Shown: piece by piece, positions 1 through 12,285 of the stretch | Layout of the letters: each line of letters opens with the position of its first letter | How positions within the stretch are numbered: position 1 is the stretch's first letter | Assembly (NCBI GenBank): GCA_040357565.1 | Contig: JBDODJ010000055.1 | Length of the DNA: 64,000 nt | Strand: one strand, 5' to 3' | Source: Cercozoa sp. M6MM | Taxonomy: Eukaryota; Protista; Endomyxa: Ascetosporea | Translations under genes and position numbers: made by a program | Notes under the pieces: generated by a model | The model's input: the letters and a program-made list of their open reading frames with translations, nothing else | What the model was told of the DNA's origin: nothing | Databases searched by the model: none

Positions 1-1237
1 AGTTCCACCTTTTTTCCGACGTGCTGGTCTACTCGCGCGCGTACCCTTCTGGCCTCTCGACCGTGTGTGTGTGTTGCCTTGTTTCTATTGTGTCTACGGT
101 GAGACAGTCGGAGAGGCGGCACCTTCCGAGTGCACCGTGTCATGTATCTGCCTCCCTTGTGTCCTTGTGTACTGTGTTTGATGTACTGATGATGGGAATG
201 CAGGCCACTGACGCAAGTGGTGGTGATGGAAACGCCTGTTTCGCACTCGGTATGCTCCCTTTCTTTGTGTTTGGCCATGTATGATATGACCCCACTCCCC
301 CCCCCCCACGTGTGCTTGTAGGACGTGCCGCACTCCTTCCTGCTGTCGTCATCGACCAAGTCCTTTGTCGTAGCCTCCCTGCCTCACAATACCCCCTTGT
401 CTTTCTGTGTTGTGTGTTTATGCTTTACGGTGTCAGGTGTGTGCCGAGTCTGAGGTGCTCAAGCGCACCTGGGTACATAGCAACGGACACGCCTAATGTT
501 CATTGTAAGTGTACACCGGCGACTCTTGCAGGTGGCGCTGCTACAACACGCGCGACGACTGCAGTTGCAACTGTATCAGAAATATGGCGTTGGTACCCCC
601 TCCTGTTCCTTCGCAGTATGGGTATTGGGGAAGTATTGCGTGTGTTCAGAGGAAGGCACAGACACGGAAACGGACTCGTTCCTAGCGTCGCCTGCTGGCT
701 CGCCTCTCGCTCCAGGTATAGTTCTCTTACTCGCCGAGTGACCGACATTCGCTCGGTGCACTTCATGCATGCGCTGCGCAGTATGGCTGCGCGACGAATC
801 GACCAACTCGTGCATGTTGTGCGGCACGGGTTTTCGCACCTTTCGCCGTCGGCATCACTGTAGCTTCCCTGTTTGATACGGTCATAAGTATGTATATAAT
901 TGTATAAGATATGTCTATAAAACATCTGTATATTATATGTATATATATATTGCACTTGCTGTGTTTGCTGTGACTAGGCCGTCAGTGTGGACGCGTCGTG
1001 TGCGCCGAGTGCAGTCGCGGCAGGGTACTTCAGTAGCCATGCGCACACTTGCAAAACACATGGGTCGTTATTTCGCTTTCTGCAGGCACTCGTGGCAGAG
1101 GTCAACAACAGCAAACCTGTCAGGTACTTTTGCTTTGGCTTTTTTCTGTACGGTTTTGTAAGGAACTCTTCATTTTCTTGCATCGCAGGGTGTGTATCGG
1201 GTGCGAGGGTCGCTCTGAGACACGTCTCGTGTCCTAA
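1..1237 (+). CDS. PH + FYVE domain protein (PLEKHF/FGD-like), 5'-partial, multi-exon
   Basis: Spliced exons give FHLFSDVLVYSR...FRVHRV...VCAESEVLKRTW-VALLQHARR (PH). They continue VWLRDESTNSCMLCGTGFRTFRRRHHC|RQCGRVVCAECSR...PVR|VCIGC, which has the FYVE WxxD, RRHHCR and RVC motifs. Stop TAA at 1235-1237. Confidence 0.88.
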
Positions 1238-1302
1238 CGTGACACCTCCTCCCGACTACTGTCGGTGACGTGTTTTGTTACTGTCAACATCAAACAACCT
1301 AC

Positions 1303-1642
1303 TCGGCTGACTACTTGCTCCGCGTGGAAGCAACTATCAGTCATGCCAAATAAGAATTGAAGTGTTTTGCTAAGGTTCAGAGCTGGTAACCTGACAATTG
1401 AGTGCTGCCTAGCTTGGCATACCCTGTGTTTGGTAGAGTGGCGAGCAGCTTGAAACTGCTGCAAGAATTGAATAAAGACCCTCTTTCCAATACCAGGTAC
1501 CTCAGGGATACTGTGCTTGTTGACACCAAAGCAACTGACTTGCTCTAGCTTGAGCAGGCAAGAGGGTTTGTTTTTCTTTTGTTCATCATCGAACAAGCCC
1601 CTCAACACTCTCAACTGTAACGACGGCCCTACCTTGGGGTAA
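1303..1642 (+). pseudogene. Possible decayed coding fragment (TE or gene remnant)
   Basis: One frame reads protein-like (SADYLLRVEATISHAK*ELKCFAKVQSW*PDN*VLPSLAYPVFGRVASSLKLLQELNKDPLSNTRYLRDTVLVDTKATDLL*LEQARG...) with four internal stops. It is visibly CpG-poorer than flanking genes. No family recognised. Confidence 0.2.
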
Positions 1643-1802
1643 CCTTCTCTCTTCTGATATCTTTCGATTTATTGAGACGTCGAACGAACACTAAATTAAA
1701 CGACCTTACATTCTTACTTTCTTTAGTCGTTGTCTTCACTAAAATTGACAATCTCTCAATCAACAGTTTCCTATCTTCGGTCGGACTGTTTACGTTACGT
1801 TA

Positions 1803-1866
1803 CGTTAGTTAGTTGGTCGAGTCTTCTAGGAAACCAACTAAGTAGTTCCCCTACACCAGTCCGGGG
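1803..1866. repeat. Dispersed ~55-nt element, copy A
   Basis: ttagttagttggtcgagtcttctaggaaaccaactaagtagttcccctacaccagtc aligns with copies at 32380, 32731 and (reverse strand) 47367. Confidence 0.75.
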
Positions 1867-1958
1867 TGGGTCACAAGAGCATGGTCGTGTCTACCGCCCG
1901 CTTACGTACTGTCGTGTTAAGTTATTTACGCATGAACCGAACTACTACATCCGCGCGG

Positions 1959-2225
1959 AAAAGTCTCTCTCTGTGCTGAGAAAGCTGTAACAAGGAATTA
2001 CAACCGCACGTGTGATTGCCAGGATCGGAGCCCGGAGATGCTTCACCTGGATAGTAGAGAGGCTTTTGGCAAGGGTAAGGAGGTAAGCAACACCCTCGGA
2101 AGGTCAGGGTACCAGTTAAAACACAGGACCCTGAGTGAGTGCAACATTTTCCCACGTGGCGCACCGGGACTCAGACAGACCTGACTGACCGGATTGTGAA
2201 TATCGTTTCCTACCCGGCAAATCCG
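1959..2225 (+). ncRNA. Candidate structured RNA of unknown family
   Basis: 12-bp helix 1959-1970/2056-2067 with one G-U. Further stems: tgtaa/ttaca, ccagg/cctgg, agggt/accct, tcagggt/accctga, tgagt/actca, cggatt/aatccg. No convincing ORF. Confidence 0.25.
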
Positions 2226-2960
2226 TGACACACCACTTACGATATCGATTTTATCCGACCGTACGGACTGTGGTACGGGACCGGGCTCGGCGCATGGAAG
2301 TTACGTGCACGATATCACTCACGATCGTATGCACGTGCTGCCTCGCCTCATTATCACCTTGCAGGCGTCGCATGTGTACAGCGCCGGTACGACATGCGAT
2401 GGTACGATACGATCAAACTACCGGATATCACTACGGCATGCGATGGTTCAGTGCTGCACGTACCTACGCTAAAGTACGGTAACTAACGCCTGACGGTACC
2501 ATACCATACCGTCACAGTTGTAAATACCTGTAAGTATCGATACGGAAACGAACTGAAACATTAATGCCGTGCCGACGACCCATAACCAAAAAACGCCGCC
2601 AGATACTTGCGATGAGCTGCAGTAAACTTAGTAAACTGAAACAGCCCAAGGTAACTCTGGGCCGCCTTTCACTCCCCGAGTCGTCGGTCTAGTCAATTGT
2701 CGGTGCAAGTGCTTGCATCTATTCAGCGGGTTTGGTTCCTCCTGTTAGTCCTGCTGCGGCTGCAAGCCGACGACGCCGTCGACGAGCTGAGTTCGTGTGC
2801 ACATGTGCAACCGTGACAACGGAATAGCGAAATGGTACAATGTGTTATATAGTACCGTGCTTGGCGGCAGCTCGCTTTCGCTGGTCAAGGTCAAACTGCA
2901 CCTTCTGGATTCCTGCAGATCAATTGCAAACAATAAACTGGGTTCCACAAGAACAAACAT

Positions 2961-5900
2961 TTATGAGATTGCTGTTTTACTTGGCATTAAGGTGTTAAGC
3001 ATGTATTCCGAGTTCGGTAACAGTCGAAACGGCAGAAGTTTGTGTTGTTCGTCATACGATTTATTGAGCTGATCCAATTCATATTGGTCATTGAACAAAG
3101 CAGCTTCTTCCGCCCTCATGAGGAGCTGTTCCCAGGACTGTTCTCCGATCACACCTTCACCTTCTTTCGACTGAGGCGGGTGCCTGACGGTAGCATAATC
3201 ACCGAATTCGCCTCGGAGAATAGCCTGCGCTTTTGCGAACTTGTACTCAGGGCTCTGGCTCCATTTCTCGACGGCCAAGTGCTTCGTGCGGTTGTACTCA
3301 ATCACAGACTTTCTGTAGGCGTAAATGCGCTCTCGTAGGTCCTCCAGCAGTACCGAAATCTTCGCTGCATCATCTGTGTGCAGCGAAGGTCGGTACTGCA
3401 TCAATGAACAACAAATTGTTAGACTCGAGAGTTCCCCGGGGTGTTAGTTAGTCCTGTGCGAGTACATACCTCAGGGTAGATTGAATAGAGATGTCTTCGC
3501 GTATTGTTGACGAGAGAGTGTGAGATGTTGTGCGGCACGAGCTGATGTGGAGGAATTGGCTTGAACTCAAACGTCCGTGCTGCCTTTGACTCACCCAGTT
3601 GGGTGGACAGCGCAGTCACATGGGCGACCATACGAGCTGCCTTCACGAATTTCTTGGTTTGGTCGCTTTGCGAAGGTGTGCTTTGCTGACGCGTCTCAAA
3701 CATCTGGCGACGTGTCAGGTCCAAGTGCTACATCGCAGTGAAATTGAGCGGATACGGCTGTGCCTTTCCTGTAATTCAGGTACCATGAGTAGCAGCGCCA
3801 GTTGGGCTGCTCGTTTCGCCAAAAGACAGCGCACTGCACGCTGGCAAGTCGAAACAATCGTCCGAAAGCGCTTGATGACCACTTGCACCATTGAGGTTTG
3901 CTTTTTTCTTTGCATCATCTGAATCAGACTGACTGCGACAACTCGTGCCGCGCGCTGTTTTTTTCGCACGCGCAGTTGCACCACCAAGCGCAAAAAGTGC
4001 GGACGCATTGCTGCTCGCAGCATTCTTCGGCGTGGAAGCACATCCTTCGCATACCGCTTCCACATGCGCTGCACGGTCAGTGCGGCTCGCAGACGCGCCG
4101 CATTTATTCGAGCACGCGTTTGTCGAGCGATAACGGGCTCACTTAGACGCTTCGCAAAGATCGAGAGCAGTAACCCTGCAAAACGTTATGAAACAGTTTT
4201 ATGCGACGCGCGGCAAACCATTGTGAAACGTACACTTTTTCCACGCACTTTTTCGCATGGACTCGGCTTCTTCTTTCAGCAGAGGGTCTGCTTGTTGCAA
4301 GATATCGACTCCATGTTTTTGCGCCTGAGAAGTTTAGCTTTAGATGTGATACAGAAGAGATTGCGTAAATGTACCAACGACAGAATCCTCTTTTGTCGCT
4401 CAACGCGAGTTCGCTGCTTTCGCCTAGCTGCGACGAGGGAGACACGCGCTGCAGACGATAGCATAATCAAGGACTTCCGCTTCATATCGGCAGCTATCTG
4501 GGCCACTTCGGCAAAAGGTCGTTCTTCAGGCTGGACGAACTTTGTCTGCCTTCGTTGCAGCCACATTGCTCGCTCACGTTTTACATCTTCCATGCTTCGC
4601 CTGAGAGTGTGACGCCGCTTGCGAACCGGCTTTGATTTAACTTTTTGAGTCACTGCCGAGGCACTAAGGGGGCGTCTCGACGTGCCGAAAGAATAGGCTG
4701 CAGGAGACCTGGACGACAGAGTTCTCGCACTTTGTGGCCGTGTGTGTCTAATCACAACAGAACGTAAAAATTTACAATACGTCATTAAAATGGGGGGGCG
4801 GACACCTGAAGTACGAGGCTGGTCCAGGACATCTCGCGCTGATCGCTACTTGACGCGTGGTCGCGGAGGGTCTTCCCAAATGACTCAAGTCGAGTGTGGG
4901 GATGCGTGGTTTCACTGCTGCGTCTAGTGGGGTATCAATCTGTGACACAAAACGAGCGGCCTGTGTCGCACCGAGGTCCTTGAGATCTTGTTTTGCTCGG
5001 CCGCTTCGAGTGGCTTTTCCAAACTGGGCACTACGGTCCATGACAACCAGTCCGTGGAGCGAAGCCAGGGCTTTCTATGGTTTAAATTACCTCTTTGCAG
5101 AAGGCTCGATGCTCGAGAATTTCGGGGAGTATGAACCTGGACCAACAAAGCATTGAGCAGGTGATCGCTGGGGAGGTTCACGACTGCTCTGAGCGTAGAA
5201 AAGAACACTGCTTTTGTTGGGTGCTTTGAGCGAAATCGGTGGTCCAACTTCCATGCTCATTTCGCCAATTTCTTCGGCACCTCCTTTTAGCAGATTAAAC
5301 AACTCCTGCTCGTTGACGGGGGTAACTTTGACGGAAGGTTTTGAGCGAGATAGAACTGTCTTGTCAACAGGTTCTTGCTCGTCAAACGCATAGGCGAACA
5401 ATCTTTGGCCGCGAGGTGTGAGTTGTGTAGACGGTGAGTGGTATTCAAATGCAGGTGTGGCGGCGCACTCTCGTTGTTTCTGTCTCCGGTTGACCTCGAA
5501 GGCGACAGCATCGTTGAGCTTCTCATCAACGGGCAGAATGCTGTCAATTTGGGCTGCAAAGCTCCCAACGGGTGGTTTACGCCTTTTTCGTAGCCTGAGT
5601 ACTCGCCGCTGCGATTTACACATCCTAGTCACCGCTTTCGCCGCAGGGGGTACTGATGTCTCATCTTCATTGCTCGGGTCATCCTAAAAGAAACATTGTA
5701 TTTTAGACCACTGCACCGCATGGCGCGTGCTTCAGGAGTATACAAGGAGGCCAAGCTGATTCCAATCGACGTTCACCTCGACAGATTTCACAGTTGTTTC
5801 TCTGCAACTGAAGGCTGTCCTTTCGCCATTGTCGAGATTGCTATAATAGGGGGTCTCCTTCAGCGAGCAAACCTCAGTCTTGCAGTGTTTTGTTCGTTCG

Positions 5901-5990
5901 ACATGCGCAACGTGGTCTGCAGCTGTATCTTGCACCCAGTGTCGTTCTAAATGGTTCAATTTATGGTAATGACTATAGAGTCCACCCCAC
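2961..5990 (-). CDS. Hypothetical basic multi-exon protein with IQ-like motifs and a PGSY (SHIPPO-like) motif
   Basis: ORF pieces 5087-5632, 4772-5041, 4276-4785, 3715-4074, 3419-3724 and 2961-3404 lie consecutively on the minus strand. One join was checked: a 60-nt GT-AG intron at 5031-5090 joins SAK|SAQFGK. Motifs MQRMWKRY and CQRAVRCLLAKR (IQ-like), and VGPGSYSPKF. Start uncertain. Confidence 0.55.
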
Positions 5991-6336
5991 AACCGAAGAC
6001 CTGCAGTTGCTCGTGATCACTTGCGGGTACCAGCGTGTCGAAGCAGGAGTAGCTTACTGCGAACGTCTGCTTTCTTTAGTGCATTGAGTCGCTGATTGCG
6101 AAAAAACTGCCAGCGAAACTCTTCCTAAGTCCCATACCAAACTACGTCGGCTTTTTTGTAAGATATTGAATTCGAGTACCTCGGAGGCCTTTTTCCGCAA
6201 CCGCCGCTGTACCTTAGCACGAAGCTTTTTTGCAAGCCCTCGTGCTGCCAAGACGTTAGCGAACCCGTGCTTTCCAAGCCCGAAATTTCAAAGGTAAAAA
6301 TGAGCAGCTGAAGTCACTTGCAAACGCAAACTGAGA

Positions 6337-8263
6337 TTGGTTTACCGTTTGTTTGCGCTCGCGAAACTGGATACTGAAGTGTGTTTTAGACATATTCTCA
6401 AAGCCAGAACCCCAGTTAGCTTACACAACGCCACGATGAAGAAGTTGCGAAGACAGCGTTTTCCACCCGACCTTGACGTGTCACTGTACCCTCGCAGGGT
6501 CAGACAGTTTGTCTTCAGTTTCGTGAATCGTACCAGCACAGCACATATGACTGAAATAAATAACCTGAAAGAGCCTAAGCCCGCAGGCGAATCCGGAACT
6601 GACTGTCTAACCTGTGGAAAGCACGTATAATTTTAATTCACTAGGAGTTCTCTGCATGGGTGAGGTCGACTATCTCCACTTGCGACAGGCGACTGACCGA
6701 ATCTACTTGCAGTTCGTGGTCCGCTGCAGTCGGTTTGTCGTTGAAGTTGAAGCTGGTTTGCTTGTCTCCACGGGAACCATGCAGTGCGTGGGTCATAACA
6801 CACATTGTCGTCGAAAATGCAATGGAGCGCTAATACAACATATTCCGACAGTTTCTTCATCCATAGCTGAGACCCCTGTTCCAGTTTTCTCCCCCCCCCT
6901 TGTTGGAAACTGACACAGTACCGTCGCATCGACGATAGCGTCGAAAACCTCGCCCTGAAGCCCACGAGATTCCGAGTCAGAAGTGTATTGGTTCTGGATC
7001 ATGTCGGCAATGTTGAGCGATGCTAGTGCAAACGTTGACACTCCCAAAGTGACCAACAACCGCGTTGGCAAAACTGGAACGAATTTGACTGCAAATAACT
7101 TCTTTTTAGCGGAGCGCGCCGTGACGACGAAATGGATAAATGCAGTAAATTTAATGAGCACCTGCAGCTGGCGAGGGGATATTCTGCGCGAAGATAACGA
7201 ACGCAACGGCGGTAAAAGCTAGTATCAAGGCACTTGCAAGAAGGAAGGCCCAAAGTAGGTGTGAATTTAGTCGGCGCTTTTTCCAAGATGGTGTAGCGAC
7301 CTCAGTTGTCAATTCTGGGAGTTCAACAAATATACATTTTCTAAATACACTGCGAGAAGCTTGCCTGTTTGGTACTTACCGGAAAGCAGGACAAAAGGGA
7401 CAATAGTCAATGCAAAGGCCGAGGTGACGGCATCGCACCACGCCCATTTTATAGACCTGTGCCTGTCGCAGCTCGTTTGTGAGGTAGGAGAGAGTATGGA
7501 CGAACTAGATATTTCCACAGATTTCCAAAACAGGCTCACGCAACCGGACCTGTTCGCACACAAACACGATAGCAAGATTGTCGTTGGGAAGTGCGTTGAA
7601 GTTCAGTCGTACATAAAGGCAGCGCAACAAAGTGATGCAAACACCGTCGCGGTAGCTGCAGATGGTACCATGAAACAGTAATCTCCTGCGCGACACAGAG
7701 TTTCAAACGGTGCCACAAGACTGCTCACGATCTGAACAGCGGGGCAGTGAGCAGTTTAAATGGGTATCTAAATTCGAGGGTAGGCTCCTACCAAGATGGC
7801 CAAGGCAGACGACGTCGGACTTCTGCTCTGGCGCCACTTCAGTGAAAACATCAGCAAAATAGGGACTACATTGGCAATGAGAGCGACGCTATCCAGAACA
7901 CGAAGAGCTGAGAGGTCGTGCCTGCTTTTAACCCCACAGTTGCTTCCGACGAAACCATCTGCCAGTGGTTCAAACCCAACCCAAGATGACACCGTGAACA
8001 GTTGCAGTCTAGTTTCAACATTCCTCGTACCACGGCAAGCGCACTTGGCAAATACGAAGTTGCCCCACTCGGAGTTTGGCGAGCGATCTAAGACAGTATC
8101 AAAATGTCCTACCGTCGCATCTGCCAATGGACGAATTCGGTACCATACACTCGAAGACAGAGGCCGCGCGAATTCCCTCCGCACGCAACGCCTTCGAAAG
8201 GCTCACACCGTGGGTATGGCGGTAACTTCAGCTCCTGTATTGACAAAGACCACTCAGCTTTAA
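6337..8263 (+). CDS. Hypothetical multi-exon protein (structure uncertain)
   Basis: Consecutive + strand ORFs (6337-6630, 6614-6913, 7361-7681, 7796-8263) with plausible splice sites. No recognisable domain. Confidence 0.3.
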
Positions 8264-8516
8264 ACAACTGAAATCCTCAAACAACTGAACTGGGGGAGAA
8301 AATGACTACTTTGTTCACCTGAACATCGTACTCTAGCCGCATACAAGGCCTCCACTGCGATAAACTCACTGAACAACGCGAATACTAGGCATGCATGTCA
8401 ACTTATTCTGCTCTTCCGCGCGGAGATTTGGGGAAAATGGCATGTGGATGATAAATTGCAAAAAACCTCTTCGTAAGATCCAAAGTGTGTCTCACTTTGT
8501 TCCCGCGCCTTCTGAC

Positions 8517-9643
8517 ATGAGCCAAGAGAAGCTCAAAGAAGCATCTGATGACGAGAAAGAATGCGAACGGCTTCCAAGGCAGGTGCATTCAATTTTGATT
8601 GCCATGTGTGGGGGTCCCTTGCTATGGTGGGCGACACTGTTCAGTACAAAGTCGTGGTTCTTGGCAACGGCGCGGTGGGAAAAACCTCCCTTTGCAATCG
8701 CTTCGTCGAAGGTGCCTTTGCCGACAGTTACAGGCAAACCATAGGACTTGACTTCTTCATCAAAAAGCTGGAGTTGGGAAGAAAGGGTGGCACTGCGGCT
8801 TTGCAAATATGGTACCTCAGCCCTTGCTTGACCTTGACTGTACAGACTGCAGACGGAATTTAGTAGGGACATCGGAGGAATGTCACTGGGCTCGAGGATG
8901 CTGCAAAAATACGTGTACGGAGCGGATGCCGTGCTCCTCGTGTATGACATAACTTGTGAAGCTAGCTTCCTCGACCTAGAAGCGTGGCTTGAGATGTCAA
9001 AGCTTGCACTACGACGCTCCCAAAACAGTACACTTTGCTCCGAGTCGCTTAACCTCAAGTTGTTTATTCTGGCGTCGCATGTGTAGGGACACTCTTTGCA
9101 CTCGTCGCGAACAAATCAGACCTTGGTCATGCTCGCGCGGTCGAGCTTCGGGCTGACTTACACTTTAGTTCCAGGCACAAAATAGACTACTCGTTTGTGG
9201 TAAGTGCAAAGACTGGTGACTCGGTGCGAAAGGCTTTTATCAAGGTACAGTTTGACATATCGATAATTATACACGTTGCACACTCTCAGCGGCTCGCTTG
9301 AGCAACTACCGATGTGTATTTTATGCAGATCGCGGGAGCATTGAGTGGACTATCAGACTGCGAAATCGAGGAACAGTGCGAAGAAGTGGTACCGTAGCTT
9401 TTAAGCTGATCATACGCACCTGCTGGTGGTAGGTTAAAAAATTGCCCGTCGCACCCTGAGCAGAACGTCGTTGATGCTGAGGTGGTGCATTACCCGACTA
9501 CTGTGGACACTTCGTCTCGCGCACGTGTCGTGATGCCACAACATGAGCGGCTGAAGCATCAGTCCGAACATGAGCAATTGCGACGCGCTGGCGAAAAGCT
9601 TATGCCAGAACAGCGGAAACGGCGTCGATGTCTTATTATGTGA
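8517..9643 (+). CDS. RAB28: Rab28-like small GTPase
   Basis: Spliced: YKVVVLGNGAVGKTS (G1), SYRQTIGLDFF (Rab28-type G2), QIW|DIGGMSLGSRMLQKYVYGA (G3), ANKSD (G4), SAKTG (G5), C-terminal CaaX CLIM*. Confidence 0.85.
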
Positions 9644-9867
9644 TCTCTAAAAATCACTTTTAGCCTTTCTGGGTTAGTTTCAGTTTCTTGGTGCAGAACA
9701 TAAATTTATTCTGTCGTTGTATAATCCTCGCAATCTTAAAGGTATCTTGATACGTTACCGGCAGCCAAAGCCAGGGTGTTTGGCGCGGCGTTTCTCCGAC
9801 TTTCTCGTCAGGGAGGCAAATACCAAAAGAGAAACATTTTTTCGAGTTCCCATGCCTAGCCAGAGGC

Positions 9868-12175
9868 ATGCAAATCGAAAGTGAACACAGGGTTGCACGA
9901 CATGCAGCCCACGCGAAACTACACTTGCCTTTGCGTGAGTTTACATCGAATGACGCCAGCAATCCTTCACGCAATCCTTCGCAGCAAAGTCGCACCGACG
10001 AGCGTGAAGGTGACACAGACGAACCAAACTCATCAAAGGAGTCTTCTCTAATGACCGAGGCCGAGATCGAGTCCATTCTCGCTGTTCCACTGGAACGAGT
10101 CGCAGTCCAGAGTTCACACGGCGCTGGGAGCAAACACGTGCGCGAGGAGCTCGAGACTGCCGCTGACGCAGAGTTGCAGATGCTCGCTGCACAACTCGAC
10201 ACACTTGTACCTACATTAGACGATAAGCAAGAAGATGGAGTGCTTCCACCAGTGCATGAAGTGCGACGAACCCTGCGCTTATACGGTGTGGAAGTGGCCG
10301 CTCTTTCTGCGGCAGATGTCGCCGAGCACGAACGCTTGATGGTGCTATACTATACACTCGTTGTGAACATTCTTTAAATTAGCACTTGAGTTTCGCAGGA
10401 AGAGGCGCGTGTGAGATACCTAGAATTGCAGCAGAGACTGCATGACCAGCGCTTAGAACAGATCGCGAAGCGCGAGTCCGAAGCTCGAGCGCGGCTTGCA
10501 CGAAGAAACGAGGAACTTGATGCAGCTTCACGACAGCGAGACCAGCTTCTTCGCCAGGTACAAGGACATAAAGACATAACTTTAACCTGCAAACAAAGTA
10601 TTTAGCGAGCACGGCAACGCGTGCAACGCGACCGAGAGACCCTTCGGCAGGCACGACATGCTCTACTGAGTGCCTTGACGAGGAGGAAGGCACTGCTCGT
10701 GGAGCAGTTCGGCCGATTGCACGAAGCAGGTCCGGCTTCTGACGCTACCGCGGGAGCACTTTCGCTGATAGAGCGTCGTCACTACGCAGTCGAATGGCAG
10801 AGCGCCGCGCGTCTCGTGCGCGTTCGAATCGACAGGTTGCGCTCACTTCGCGATTCACTGCCAGCAGGCAGTTACATTGTTGTTGCCTCTTTGCTGGTGT
10901 GCTTTTGCCCTTGTTCAGTTTATTTTGGAATCTTCAAAATGTGACGTTGTGAGCAGGATAGAGTAGGTGGGAGGAGAATTGCCTACGCTGGTGGCACACA
11001 CAACCAAAGACGGCAGACATCTCCACAAAGGCACGGTGGACGCTTCTTCGATCTGGAAATGAAAATGCTGAGCTCTCACCGCGGCGAAACCACTGACGCT
11101 GCCAGTGCCAAGCTTGAGCTGCTCGTGCCGAGTGTGCACGATGCGCGTGCTTCAATGGCACTGCAGTTTGAACTGGTGAGACAAGACGCGCGGCGTGGAG
11201 ACGCCGTTGTTGGGTAAGTTGACCGCACGGTTCTGACTACAGACGCATTCTAGATCTGTGTGCAGTTGGACAGTGTTTCCACTCCAACGAGCGGACAGTT
11301 CAATCGTTGATGGACAGTTCAAAGCACCTATGCTGCGTGGCGCAGTTGACGCCGACGTTGTGACTTACCGGCAAATAGAAAGTCGCATTGCCGACGACGT
11401 CGACTCATGGCTGGTATTTGTTTTCTCAGCGTGTCGTCTTTAAAAACCAGTGGAGGCTGAGTGCTATGTGGGCAGTGCAACCTATATTTTGGCGTGGTCC
11501 ACGCTGCAGGCGACGAGCAGCGACGCGAACGAGTACAAGCGCGCTGGCGTGCGCACATACTTCCACGAGACAACGAAAACGACGTCAGCAGCCCCAGTGC
11601 AGCAGAGTCGAATGCCGCCACACCTCGACGGAAACAGCCGTCGCAACTGACGTCGCTACTCGGTCGGAGTCGACATCACCGTGTCCATCCAATGCAGGAA
11701 ATCCTCACCGAGTCGATTGAAACTGCGTCGAGTGCCTTGAGCACTCAGAACCTCGCCACTAGTGGTGTTATCGACGATGACAACATTGGAGAAAGCAGTA
11801 TCGCCTTTGGCGAAGACGTTCAACTGCTGCGCGATGACACTCTCGTATCGACGTCTGAAACAGAAAGTCCGAACGAATTCGAGTACTTCTACTCCGTGTT
11901 GCCACGTAACTGCGCGAGCACAGCACAGACACTGGCGTCTTCGGCGCGCAAACGCATCGCGTTTCTTTGGGCAGGTGTCAGACTCTCACTCCAGAACAAT
12001 GATTCCGCTGGAGTGTGAATGGTGTTATGTGCTAGGTAGAGTTTGCAAGTGATTTCTCTGTGCGAAAGCGTTGGACTTCACAGAGCGCTTTGCATGTGAA
12101 TGGAGTGCGCTGGGGCTACTTGCTGCAACTTGTGCTTCTGATTTTTGCTTGCTTTTGGTAAACTTACTCGATAAC

Positions 12176-12227
<52 letters not shown>

Positions 12228-12237
12228 NNNNNNNNNN

Positions 12238-12285
<48 letters not shown>

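Noticed and set aside
2030-2175. Reverse-transcriptase motifs (LHLDSREAFG ... RGAPG)
   Set aside because: Spacing is too short and the matches are weak; no YxDD motif.
1956-2190. RNase P/MRP RNA (GGAAAAGTC...GAGGCTT and GGAAGGTCAGG...CCTGACT look like P4 strands)
   Set aside because: The candidate P4 strands are only ~80-100 nt apart, lack the bulged-U geometry and have no clear P1/P2/P3 context.
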